Origin: Patescibacteria group bacterium | Lineage (GTDB): Bacteria > Patescibacteriota > Minisyncoccia > Minisyncoccales > JANBVM01 | DNA: 64,000 nucleotides | Direction: 5' to 3' | NCBI GenBank assembly: GCA_024238995.1 | Contig: JANBVL010000002.1 | Coordinates: forward strand, 14,414-78,413 | Shown here: piece by piece, positions 8,647-16,899 of the stretch | How the letters are laid out: each line of letters starts with the position of its first letter | Numbering within the stretch: position 1 is the stretch's first letter | Program-made: the position numbers and the translations under genes | The notes under the pieces: model-generated | What the model was told of the DNA's origin: nothing | The model's input: the letters and a program-made list of their open reading frames with translations, nothing else | The model's database searches: none

Positions 8647-10608
8647 TTAAATATCAAGATTCTTTACCTGTTTAGCATAAGATTGGATAAACTTTTTCCT
8701 TGGCATAACTTCTTTGCCCATTAAAATATCAAAAATCCTGTCTGCTTCTCTTGCGTCTTCAATATTAACTTGAAGAAGAATCCTGTTTTCTGGATTCATT
8801 GTGGTTTCCCAAAGTTCTCCAGCATTCATTTCACCCAAACCTTTATACCTTTGAATAGAAACATTAGTAGTTTTTCCAAATTCTTTTAAAACCTTTTTTT
8901 TCTGATCTTCAGTATAAGCATATTTAAACTTCTTACCGCTCTGAATTTTATATAAAGGAGGCTGAGCAATATATAAATATCCGCTCTCAATTAATGGTTT
9001 AAAGTATCTATAGAACAAAGTCAAGAGTAATGTTTTAATATGATTGCCATCACTGTCAGCATCACACATTATGATAATCCTATGATATCTTGCTTTTTCA
9101 ATATTAAAATCATCCGAAACAGCAGTGCCCAAAGCAATAATTAAAGATTTAATTTCTTTTGAATTCAAAATCTTATCAAGCCTTGCCCTTTCAACATTCA
9201 AAATCTTGCCTCTTAAAGGCAGTATAGCTTGAAAATGACGGTCACGGGCCTGACGACTCGAACCTCCAGCACTCTCGCCCTCAACGATAAATAACTCTGA
9301 TTCTTCTGGTTTTTTAGATGCACAATCAGCTAGTTTGCCAGGTAAAGACAAACCATCTAAAATCTTTTTTCTTAAAATAGTGTCTTTGGCAGCTTTAGCA
9401 GCTTTTCGTGCCTTTTGAGCTAAAGTAAATTTCTGAATAATAACCCTGGCATCATTAGGATTTCTTTCTAAATAATCAGTTAAAGCATAACTAACAACAG
9501 CTTCAGCTATTGGCTTGGCTTCAGAATTGCCTAACTTTGCTTTGGTCTGGCCTTCAAATTGAGGCTCTCTAACTTTTACTGATATTACTGCTGTTAACCC
9601 CTCTCTTATATCTTCTCCAGAAAAGTTATCATCATTATCTTTTAAAAACCCGTTCTTTTTTGCATAATCATTAAAGGTTCTTGTCAGAGCAGATCTAAAA
9701 CCAGTTAAATGAAACCCACCATCTTGAGTATGAACATTGTTTGCGAAACTCTCCTCAACGCATTCAAGATCATCAGAATAACCAAAGGCTACTTCAACTA
9801 TAATTCCGTTTTTTTCTCCTGAACAGTAAAAAATATCCTTATTAATTAATGCTGAACTTTTGGTTAAATATTTAACATAAGAAATTATTCCTCCTTCAAA
9901 ATAAAAAGAATAGGATTTATGGGGCTTGATTCTTTGGTCAAAAAAACTAATTTTTACGCCTTTTGTTAAATATGCCTGCTGCCGAAGATAAGTAAGTATC
10001 TTTTTTTCATTAAAATTAATTTCTTTAAAAATACTTATATCAGGTTCAAATGTAACGATCGTCCCATTGGCTCTGCATTTCCCAATTTTCTTAACAGCTG
10101 TTTTTTTCTTTCCTTTTGCATATTCCTGAGCATATCTATAACCGCCACGGCATACCTCTACTTTCATGTACTCTGACAGAGCGCAAACAACAGAAATACC
10201 AACGCCATGAAGACCGCCACTAGTAACATAAGCTTTTCCTCCAAACTTTCCACCAGCGTGAAGTGTTGTCATTATGGTTTCAAGTGCTGATTTTTTAGTT
10301 TCAGCATGCTTATCAACTGGGATTCCCCTGCCATTATCCTCAACCCTAACTCTATTATTAGGCAAAAGCCAAATTTTAATTTCATCACAATATCCCATTA
10401 TTGCTTCATCAATACTGTTTCCAACAATTTCTTTAACTAAATGATGCAGTCCTTCTGTGCCAGTTGAACCAATATACATTGCTGGTCTTTTTCTAACAGG
10501 ATCCAGTCCTTTTAATACAAAAATGTCCTTAGCAGTATAGGATGACTTAGGCTTTGGTCTAGTTGTTTTTTTTGCTTTTACAACTTTTACTTTCTTTGTT
10601 TTTTTCAT
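8647..10608 (-). CDS. gyrB: Type IIA topoisomerase subunit B (GyrB)
   Basis: VRKRPAMYIG, DNGRGIP, GGLHGVG, PLRGKILN, QRYKGLGEM motifs; Lys-rich N-terminus. Confidence 0.93.
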   Translation of the reverse strand: MKKTKKVKVVKAKKTTRPKPKSSYTAKDIFVLKGLDPVRKRPAMYIGSTGTEGLHHLVKEIVGNSIDEAIMGYCDEIKIWLLPNNRVRVEDNGRGIPVDKHAETKKSALETIMTTLHAGGKFGGKAYVTSGGLHGVGISVVCALSEYMKVEVCRGGYRYAQEYAKGKKKTAVKKIGKCRANGTIVTFEPDISIFKEINFNEKKILTYLRQQAYLTKGVKISFFDQRIKPHKSYSFYFEGGIISYVKYLTKSSALINKDIFYCSGEKNGIIVEVAFGYSDDLECVEESFANNVHTQDGGFHLTGFRSALTRTFNDYAKKNGFLKDNDDNFSGEDIREGLTAVISVKVREPQFEGQTKAKLGNSEAKPIAEAVVSYALTDYLERNPNDARVIIQKFTLAQKARKAAKAAKDTILRKKILDGLSLPGKLADCASKKPEESELFIVEGESAGGSSRQARDRHFQAILPLRGKILNVERARLDKILNSKEIKSLIIALGTAVSDDFNIEKARYHRIIIMCDADSDGNHIKTLLLTLFYRYFKPLIESGYLYIAQPPLYKIQSGKKFKYAYTEDQKKKVLKEFGKTTNVSIQRYKGLGEMNAGELWETTMNPENRILLQVNIEDAREADRIFDILMGKEVMPRKKFIQSYAKQVKNLDI

Positions 10609-10665
10609 TTTTAAATTAAAAATAAATATAACGAATTTTTATTCGTGTTTATTAGTAATTAGTTA

Positions 10666-12696
10666 TTATTTTCTCACTTCCCAGTCCGGGTCTTTGTCTA
10701 AACTTTTAATAATTTGGGTTTGAATTTCATCTATTTCTTTTGAAGACAGGGTTTTATCCTGTGCCTGATAAATAATATGAAAAGCTAAATTCTTTTTGCC
10801 CTCTGGCATTTCTTCTCCTTCATAAATATCAAATAAATCAATATCTTTAATTAAATTGCCGCCTATCACATTAATTTTATTTAAAACTTTTTCAACTAAA
10901 ACCCCCCTTGGAACCAATACTGCAATATCTCTGACTGCAGATGGATAAGGAGAAATTGGAACGAATTCAGCCTCTTCTGAAGCTAATTTTCTTAATTTTT
11001 CAAAATCAAAATCAAATACCACTACCTTTGATTCAATCTTTAATTCTTCAAGAATGCTTGAGGAAATCTCACCTAAAAATCCAATTTCGTCTTGCCCAAC
11101 TTTAATTTCGGCAACTTTTTTAGGGTGCCAGATAGATTTTTTAGAATCTTCTGGCGTTGCTTCATACTCATCATACCAGATATCACTTATCCCTAATTTA
11201 TTTAAAAACGCATCAACTATTCCTTTCATTTCATAAAAGGAATCTCCGCTCATGACTCCTGTTAACATTCTTTTTTCTTCTGTTTTTCTTTTTTTAAGGA
11301 AAATATTGCCGAGCTCAAAAATCTTAATGTTCTTAAAATTCTTTTGATTTTCTTTAAAAACTTTTAATATATTAGGCACTAAACTTGGCCTTAAATACTG
11401 ATAGTTATCACTTAAAGGATTTTCGAGCTCTAACATATCAGAAACATCATAACCAAACATTGCTCCCTGTTTTTTACTAACAAAAGAATAATTGTATAGC
11501 TCGTTAAATCCAATTTCTTTTAAAATATCTTTTATTTTATTTTTCCAAAAAACATTAAAATTTATTTTAGGAGGAATTAAAGCTCCTATAGGAAAAGATG
11601 GCTTAATGTTTTCATAGCCATAAATCCTGCCAACCTCTTCAATTATATCTTCAGGAATTGATATATCTAATCTGAACGTAGGCACGCCAATTAAAAATTG
11701 TGAATCCGAGCTTTTCAGAATATTAAATCCTAATTTTTTCAAAATATTTTTTATTCTTGAGACAGGAATTTTTACTCCCAACAAACTCTGAATGTAGTCC
11801 AGGTCTAATTTAATTTTGCCTGCTACTGGTTTTTTAGGATAAAAATCGACTAACCCTTTGCAGACCTTTCCTTTAGCTATTTCTTGAATTAAATAAGCAG
11901 CCCTGTTAATTGCAATTTCTGTTAGATTTAGATCAATACCATGCTCAAAGCGCCAGGAGGCATCAGTCTTTAAGTCTATTGTCTTGGAACCCTTGCGCAC
12001 TGTTTTAGCATTGAAATTAGCTGATTCTAAAACAATATTTTTTGTTTTTCTATCTATCTCTGTTTTTTTCCCCCCTTTAATTCCTGCAATAGCTATTGGC
12101 CTTCTATTATCAGCAATTACTAAAATATTTTCGTCTAAAGCATATCTTTCATTATCTAAGGTTGTGATTCTTTCTCTTTTTTGAGCACGCCTGACAATTA
12201 TTTTTCTATCTGTAATTTTCTCTAAATCAAAAGCATGTAAAGGCTGGCCAGTTTCAAGCATTACATAGTTTACAATATCAACTATGTTATTAATTGATTT
12301 CAGTCCTAAAACCTTTAACCTCTCTTTAATCCAACCGGGCGAAGAGCCAACCTTTACATCATTAATCACTTTTACAGTATATCTGTCACAATCTTTTTTA
12401 CTGCTAACTTGAAGTTTTATAAAATCAGAAGTATTGTTGTCTGTTTCTTGAATTTTAACTTCAGGCTCTTTTAGTTGAAAGTTCAAAAGAGCTGAAATCT
12501 CTCTTGCTATTCCCGAATGAGAAAAGCAGTCAGATCCCCTATTAGGCAATACGTCAATATCAATCGCAAAATCATTCCCCTGTTTTTCTACTTCCTCAAC
12601 TTCAAAGAAGTGGAGATTTAAAATCTCTGCCAATTTTTCTGCTTTAGGCAGCTTCTTTTTAAAAAATGATTGAAGTATGTTGTATGAAAAAACCAT
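10666..12696 (-). CDS. pheT: Phenylalanyl-tRNA synthetase beta subunit (short form lacking the B2 OB domain)
   Basis: PNRGSDCFS, NYVMLETGQPLHAFD, DIIEEVGRIYGY, C-terminal anticodon-binding domain. Confidence 0.95.
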   Translation of the reverse strand: MVFSYNILQSFFKKKLPKAEKLAEILNLHFFEVEEVEKQGNDFAIDIDVLPNRGSDCFSHSGIAREISALLNFQLKEPEVKIQETDNNTSDFIKLQVSSKKDCDRYTVKVINDVKVGSSPGWIKERLKVLGLKSINNIVDIVNYVMLETGQPLHAFDLEKITDRKIIVRRAQKRERITTLDNERYALDENILVIADNRRPIAIAGIKGGKKTEIDRKTKNIVLESANFNAKTVRKGSKTIDLKTDASWRFEHGIDLNLTEIAINRAAYLIQEIAKGKVCKGLVDFYPKKPVAGKIKLDLDYIQSLLGVKIPVSRIKNILKKLGFNILKSSDSQFLIGVPTFRLDISIPEDIIEEVGRIYGYENIKPSFPIGALIPPKINFNVFWKNKIKDILKEIGFNELYNYSFVSKKQGAMFGYDVSDMLELENPLSDNYQYLRPSLVPNILKVFKENQKNFKNIKIFELGNIFLKKRKTEEKRMLTGVMSGDSFYEMKGIVDAFLNKLGISDIWYDEYEATPEDSKKSIWHPKKVAEIKVGQDEIGFLGEISSSILEELKIESKVVVFDFDFEKLRKLASEEAEFVPISPYPSAVRDIAVLVPRGVLVEKVLNKINVIGGNLIKDIDLFDIYEGEEMPEGKKNLAFHIIYQAQDKTLSSKEIDEIQTQIIKSLDKDPDWEVRK

Positions 12697-12701
12697 AAAT
12701 G

Positions 12702-13724
12702 CTAAAACTGTTTTAAAAATCTTAAATCGTTTTTATACAAAAACCTGATATCATTGATTTTATATTTCATCATTACCAATCTCTCTACTCCCATTCCAAA
12801 AGCAAAACCTTGCCAATTTTTAGGATTTAACCCTGAATTCTTTAAGACGTTGGGATGCGCCATTCCAGCGCCCATCATTTCCTGCCAGCCAGTTTTTCCG
12901 CAAGCTGAACATCCTTTGCTTAAACAAACAGTGCAGGTCATATCAATTTCAAAAGATGGCTCAGTGAAAGGAAAATAACTGGGCCTCATGCGGATTTTAA
13001 CTGGTTTTTTAAAAAATCTCCTGTAAAATTCTTCAATAACTGCTTTAAAATTAGCAGCTGAAATTTGTTTATCAATCATTAAGCCTTCAAGGTGATAAAA
13101 ATTAAACTCATGATTAGCGTCAGTAGCTTCATGCCGGAAAATTCTTCCTGGCACAATAATTCTAAAAGGAGGATTATTCTTTTCCATATACCTTATTTGA
13201 ACTGGCGAAGTATGAGTTCTTAAAAGCATTCCATTTTTCAAATAAAATGTATCCCACAAATCCCTGACTGGATGGTCTTTAGGAACATTTAAAGCGTCAA
13301 AATTATACCACTCAGTCTCTACTTCAGGCCCTTCAATTATTGAAAATCCCATTAGCTCAAAAATGTTTTCCATTTCTCGCTTCACTTGAGTTAATGGATG
13401 AAGATGTCCCAAAGTAGGTTTTTTTGCTGGAATAGTAATATCAATCCACTCTTTTTCATAAACTTGTTTTCTGACTTTTTGTTTTAATTTTTTATTCTTT
13501 TGCTCAATAGTTTTTTTCAAATAAACCTTTAATTCATTTGCTTCTTTTCCCAATTTCATTCTTTTAACCTTTGACATCTTTTTCAAAGAACGCAAAATCT
13601 GAGACAACTCACCTTGCTTGTCCAAATATTTCTTATAAACACCATCTAAATCCTTGAGATTTTTACTGTTTTTAATCTCTTTTTCAGCCCTTTTTTGAAT
13701 GGTCTTAAGCTCTGTTTTAGCCAT
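12702..13724 (-). CDS. pheS: Phenylalanyl-tRNA synthetase alpha subunit
   Basis: LLRTHTSPVQ, YFPFTEPS, GFAFGMGVER motifs. Confidence 0.97.
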   Translation of the reverse strand: MAKTELKTIQKRAEKEIKNSKNLKDLDGVYKKYLDKQGELSQILRSLKKMSKVKRMKLGKEANELKVYLKKTIEQKNKKLKQKVRKQVYEKEWIDITIPAKKPTLGHLHPLTQVKREMENIFELMGFSIIEGPEVETEWYNFDALNVPKDHPVRDLWDTFYLKNGMLLRTHTSPVQIRYMEKNNPPFRIIVPGRIFRHEATDANHEFNFYHLEGLMIDKQISAANFKAVIEEFYRRFFKKPVKIRMRPSYFPFTEPSFEIDMTCTVCLSKGCSACGKTGWQEMMGAGMAHPNVLKNSGLNPKNWQGFAFGMGVERLVMMKYKINDIRFLYKNDLRFLKQF

Positions 13725-13780
13725 ATTCTCTACCTTAATTTTAGCTTAAAAATAGCTTGAAATCAAGCCCAGCTGTGAAT

Positions 13781-13809
13781 AAAAAAACCGCTTTTCTGGC
13801 GGTTTTTTT
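13781..13809 (-). terminator. Intrinsic terminator (potentially bidirectional)
   Basis: AAAAAAACCGC-N7-GCGGTTTTTTT. Confidence 0.75.
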
Positions 13810-13932
13810 AATATACAATTACGCCCAATTTTATACAATGCGGGGATGGTTGGACATAGTTAGAACTGAGTACTGGTCTAGACTTTCGGTCTTAGAATCA
13901 GTAAAATCTTTCTCTTTTCAGTCCTTCAAATT

Positions 13933-14283
13933 TTAGTTTTTTTGATTTTTCTTCAAATCCTCAATTAGCTCATAAGGGAAGTTAGCCAATAAAATACTAA
14001 ACTCCCTTAAAGTACATTCATCTTCTTGCCCACCTCTAATCGTTAAGCAAGTACTTAGCCTGGTTTCTTTGTTTATCCAAATAGCCCCCAAATCCTCACC
14101 TAGCCACATAGCAAAATAATCTACTTTTGGAGTAAGAAATATCCAACCCTCTTTTGAACTTCCATGAAGGAGAAAACCGTTTTTATTGTAAAGAACAGCC
14201 TGAACAGGTAAAGCTATTAAGAATAGCAAAATTAGAGAAAGAACAGAAAGTTTGACTTTCCAAAGCTTCTTTTGATTTAACAT
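13933..14283 (-). CDS. Orphan 116-aa protein with a predicted signal peptide
   Basis: Basic N-region, hydrophobic stretch LSVLSLILLFLIALP, VQA cleavage-like site, two Cys; no family recognised. Confidence 0.6.
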   Translation of the reverse strand: MLNQKKLWKVKLSVLSLILLFLIALPVQAVLYNKNGFLLHGSSKEGWIFLTPKVDYFAMWLGEDLGAIWINKETRLSTCLTIRGGQEDECTLREFSILLANFPYELIEDLKKNQKN

Positions 14284-14285
14284 AG

Positions 14286-14428
14286 CAGGGATAGGTTTTA
14301 ATTTCTATGTCTACTGACTAAGAACACAAAGCTCCTCGCCAGTGATAGCCTCTCGACTACCCTATAACCTTTCAGCTATAGACCCATCCCTGAGCACTCT
14401 GACGAGGAGTTTAGTATCAGGGATGGGT
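14286..14428 (-). ncRNA. Candidate structured cis-regulatory RNA (pseudoknot plus two GNRA hairpins), family unknown
   Basis: Perfect 12-bp stem 14428-14417/14393-14382; hairpins CUAUAGCU-GAAA-GGUUAUAG and GGUAGUC-GAGA-GGCUAUC; 11-bp pairing of the loop with 14342-14332. The G-U pairs and GNRA loops work only on the minus strand. Confidence 0.65.
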
Positions 14429-14505
14429 TATTTATAATGCCATACCTCTTAATTATTTCACCTTAAAAGGGTTAGGCTGTTTATAAATGTTAATTTTCTA
14501 TTTGC

Positions 14506-14514
14506 ATTATATCA
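14506..14514 (-). promoter_or_regulatory. Extended -10 promoter for the structured-leader transcript
   Basis: TGA-TATAAT (TGn plus consensus -10) on the minus strand; -35 is weak. Confidence 0.5.
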
Positions 14515-14666
14515 CTTCTCAACTAATGAACAAAACGGTGTTTATTAAAAAAAAGATTGTGTTAAAAATTTTCTTAATTTTTTCTTTCATAGCTTTGTTC
14601 TACCAAAAAACCGCTCAAAGAGCGATTTCGTTGATATACAATTACATACAATTCTATCCAATTTTG

Positions 14667-14740
14667 CGGGGACGACGGGACTCGAACCCGCAATCTCTGG
14701 ATCGACAATCCAGAGCTCTAACCAATTGAGCTACGTCCCC
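14667..14740 (-). tRNA. tRNA-Asp(GTC)
   Basis: Cloverleaf GGGGACG...CGTCCCC-G, anticodon loop TTGTCGA, T loop TTCGAGT; CCA not encoded. Confidence 0.95.
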
Positions 14741-14770
14741 TTATTCAAAAATCACAAATAGTGGTTTTTG

Positions 14771-14843
14771 TGCCGGTGACAGGAGTCGAACCCGTAACCT
14801 TGAACTTATGATGTTCCCGCTCTAACCATTGAGCTACACCGGC
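14771..14843 (-). tRNA. tRNA with CAT anticodon (elongator Met or Ile2)
   Basis: Cloverleaf GCCGGTG...CACCGGC-A, anticodon loop ATCATAA, T loop TTCGACT; Met versus Ile2 cannot be resolved by eye. Confidence 0.9.
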
Positions 14844-14858
14844 AACTATTAAAACTTG

Positions 14859-14929
14859 TTGCGGTGCCTGGAATTGCACCAGGGTCTCCAGCTTATGGGA
14901 CTGGCGAGGTACTACTCCTCTACACCGCG
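14859..14929 (-). tRNA. Initiator tRNA-fMet(CAT), atypical
   Basis: C1:A72 mismatch, A11-U24 pair, CAT anticodon; T loop reads TGCAATT. Confidence 0.85.
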
Positions 14930-14942
14930 ATATAATAGTAAT

Positions 14943-14971
14943 ATTCTATCTTTTTTCATTTTCTAAGTCAA
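14943..14971 (-). promoter_or_regulatory. Sigma70-type promoter of the tRNA cluster
   Basis: TTGACT-17 nt-TAGAAT, ending 13 nt before the first tRNA. Confidence 0.7.
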
Positions 14972-15484
14972 TTAAAGAACCTGTAAATTTTCCAAAGCTT
15001 TTTCGTACACATCTAAAACCTTATAGGCTGAATCTAAATCCAAGTGATAATTAGGATCATCAACAAGTTTTTGACGAATTTCATTGGCTCTTTTGACTTG
15101 TTCTACGTTTTCTAGAATATCAACAGTTAAAATATTAAGCCTTTCTTTTAAAACCTGTCCTCTAAAACCCATTCTTTTTAATGTATCTTCTAACAAAGTA
15201 TCTGCTTCAATAACAGCTAATCGTGCTTCAGCTTCATTGGTGCGTGATTTTTCCTTAATTTTTTTCCATCTTTTATTAATAGTTGCTAAACCGTGATGCC
15301 TGTAAGTTAGAAATTCCATCCAATCCCAAATCATTAATTGATGAATCCAATCAGTTTTAATTAAAGCAAAAATAATAAATCCTGTTAAAAGTAAACTAAA
15401 AATGATAAAAACTAGTTTTAATATTAAAAAACTACCAAAAAAAGTTGGATCTAAAATGAACTGGATAATTGTTTCTAAAGTCAT
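14972..15484 (-). CDS. Hypothetical membrane-anchored protein
   Basis: N-terminal TM helix then helical domain (LAVIEADTLLEDTLKRMG); start overlaps the gatA stop. Confidence 0.75.
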   Translation of the reverse strand: MTLETIIQFILDPTFFGSFLILKLVFIIFSLLLTGFIIFALIKTDWIHQLMIWDWMEFLTYRHHGLATINKRWKKIKEKSRTNEAEARLAVIEADTLLEDTLKRMGFRGQVLKERLNILTVDILENVEQVKRANEIRQKLVDDPNYHLDLDSAYKVLDVYEKALENLQVL

Positions 15485-16899
15485 GATTCTAAAAACTCAG
15501 CTATTTTAATAATTTTATTATCTTCAAAATATTTTCCAATAATCTGAAGTCCCACTGGCAGATTATCAACCTTACCGCAAGGCACAGAAATCCCTGGCAA
15601 TCCTGCCAAACTGACTGCTGCCATATAAATATCAGTAAGATACATTGAAAGAGGGTCCATCATTTTTTCTCCTAATTTAAAAGCTGGGGTTGGCGCTACT
15701 GGAGCCATTAAAACATCAACTTTTTTAAATGCTCTTTCAAAATCCTGTTTAATTAAAGTTCTAATTTTTTGAGCCCTTAAATAATATGCTTCGTAATAAC
15801 CTGCTGATAATGCATAAGTGCCTAACATAATCCTTCTTCTTACTTCATCACCAAATCCTTCTCCCCTGGTTTTTAAATAAAAATCAAATAAATCTTTAGC
15901 CTCTTTTGTAAAATGACCATATTTTATTCCATCATATCTGGCAAGATTAGCAGACACTTCACAGGGCATAATAATATAATAAGTGGCTAAAGCATGGTCA
16001 GTGCAATGAGGAAGACTTATCTCTTCAATTTTTGCTCCTAAGTCCTCATACTTTTTTATAGCATTTTTGACAATTTTTTCTACCCCTTCATCAATCCCTT
16101 CGCTAAAATATTCTTTAGGAATGCCAATTTTCATTCCTTTTATTTTAAAATCAGAAAAATCATTTTCAGGCAATTCTATGCTGGTTGAATCCAGATCATC
16201 TTCTCCTTTAATTGCATTAAAAACAATTCTGCAGTCTTGAACTGTTTTAGTAAAAGGCCCGATGTGATCTAAAGAAGAAGCCATGGCAATCAAACCATAA
16301 CGAGACACTGCTCCATAAGTAGGTTTAAATCCCACTACCCCGCAAAAGCCTGCAGGCTGACGAATAGAGCCACAAGTGTCTGTGCCCAAAGCATAACCAG
16401 ACATATTAGCAGCTACTGCAGCTGCTGACCCTCCAGAAGAACCGCCTGGCACTCTAGTCAAATCATGAGGATTCTTAGTAGGAAAAAAAGCAGAACGCTC
16501 AGTAGAAGAACCCATGGCAAATTCATCCATATTAGTTTTACCTAAAATGACCACTCCTTTTTCTTTTAACTTTTTAATGCAAGTGGCATCATAAGGAGCT
16601 ATATAGTTTTCTAAAATCTTAGAACCTGCAGTGGCTTTAACATCTTTAACCACAATTATATCTTTAACTGCCATAGGAATGCCAGCTAGAACATCTACGC
16701 TGGCTCCCTTAGCTATTTTTTCATCTACTTTCTGAGCCTGCGAAAAAGCTGATTTTTCACAAACTGTCAAAAAGGCAGAAATTTCTTTGTCCTGTCTTTC
16801 AATTTCATTCAAATAAGCTTTGGCAAGTTCCAAAGCAGAAAATTCTTTATTTATTAAACCCTGATGAGCCTGTTTAATTGTAAGACTTGTTAAATCCAT
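15481..16899 (-). CDS. gatA: Asp/Glu-tRNA amidotransferase subunit A
   Basis: Amidase signature GKTNMDEFAMGSS, PGGSSGGSAAAV, GSIRQPA. Confidence 0.97.
   Translation of the reverse strand: MDLTSLTIKQAHQGLINKEFSALELAKAYLNEIERQDKEISAFLTVCEKSAFSQAQKVDEKIAKGASVDVLAGIPMAVKDIIVVKDVKATAGSKILENYIAPYDATCIKKLKEKGVVILGKTNMDEFAMGSSTERSAFFPTKNPHDLTRVPGGSSGGSAAAVAANMSGYALGTDTCGSIRQPAGFCGVVGFKPTYGAVSRYGLIAMASSLDHIGPFTKTVQDCRIVFNAIKGEDDLDSTSIELPENDFSDFKIKGMKIGIPKEYFSEGIDEGVEKIVKNAIKKYEDLGAKIEEISLPHCTDHALATYYIIMPCEVSANLARYDGIKYGHFTKEAKDLFDFYLKTRGEGFGDEVRRRIMLGTYALSAGYYEAYYLRAQKIRTLIKQDFERAFKKVDVLMAPVAPTPAFKLGEKMMDPLSMYLTDIYMAAVSLAGLPGISVPCGKVDNLPVGLQIIGKYFEDNKIIKIAEFLES

Noticed and set aside
13841-14428. Group I or II intron, tmRNA, RNase P or SRP identity for the structured region
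   Set aside because: No ordered P/Q/R/S core, domain V, tRNA-like ends, GAGGAAAGUCC or SRP loop motif found by eye; a covariance search is still needed.
14399-14430. Hammerhead-like CTGACGA on the plus strand
   Set aside because: No downstream stem II followed by GAAA, and the surrounding helices fold properly only on the minus strand.
14487-14729. 80-aa plus-strand ORF
   Set aside because: Antisense to tRNA-Asp and a promoter region; its C-terminus is the typical translation of a reversed tRNA.
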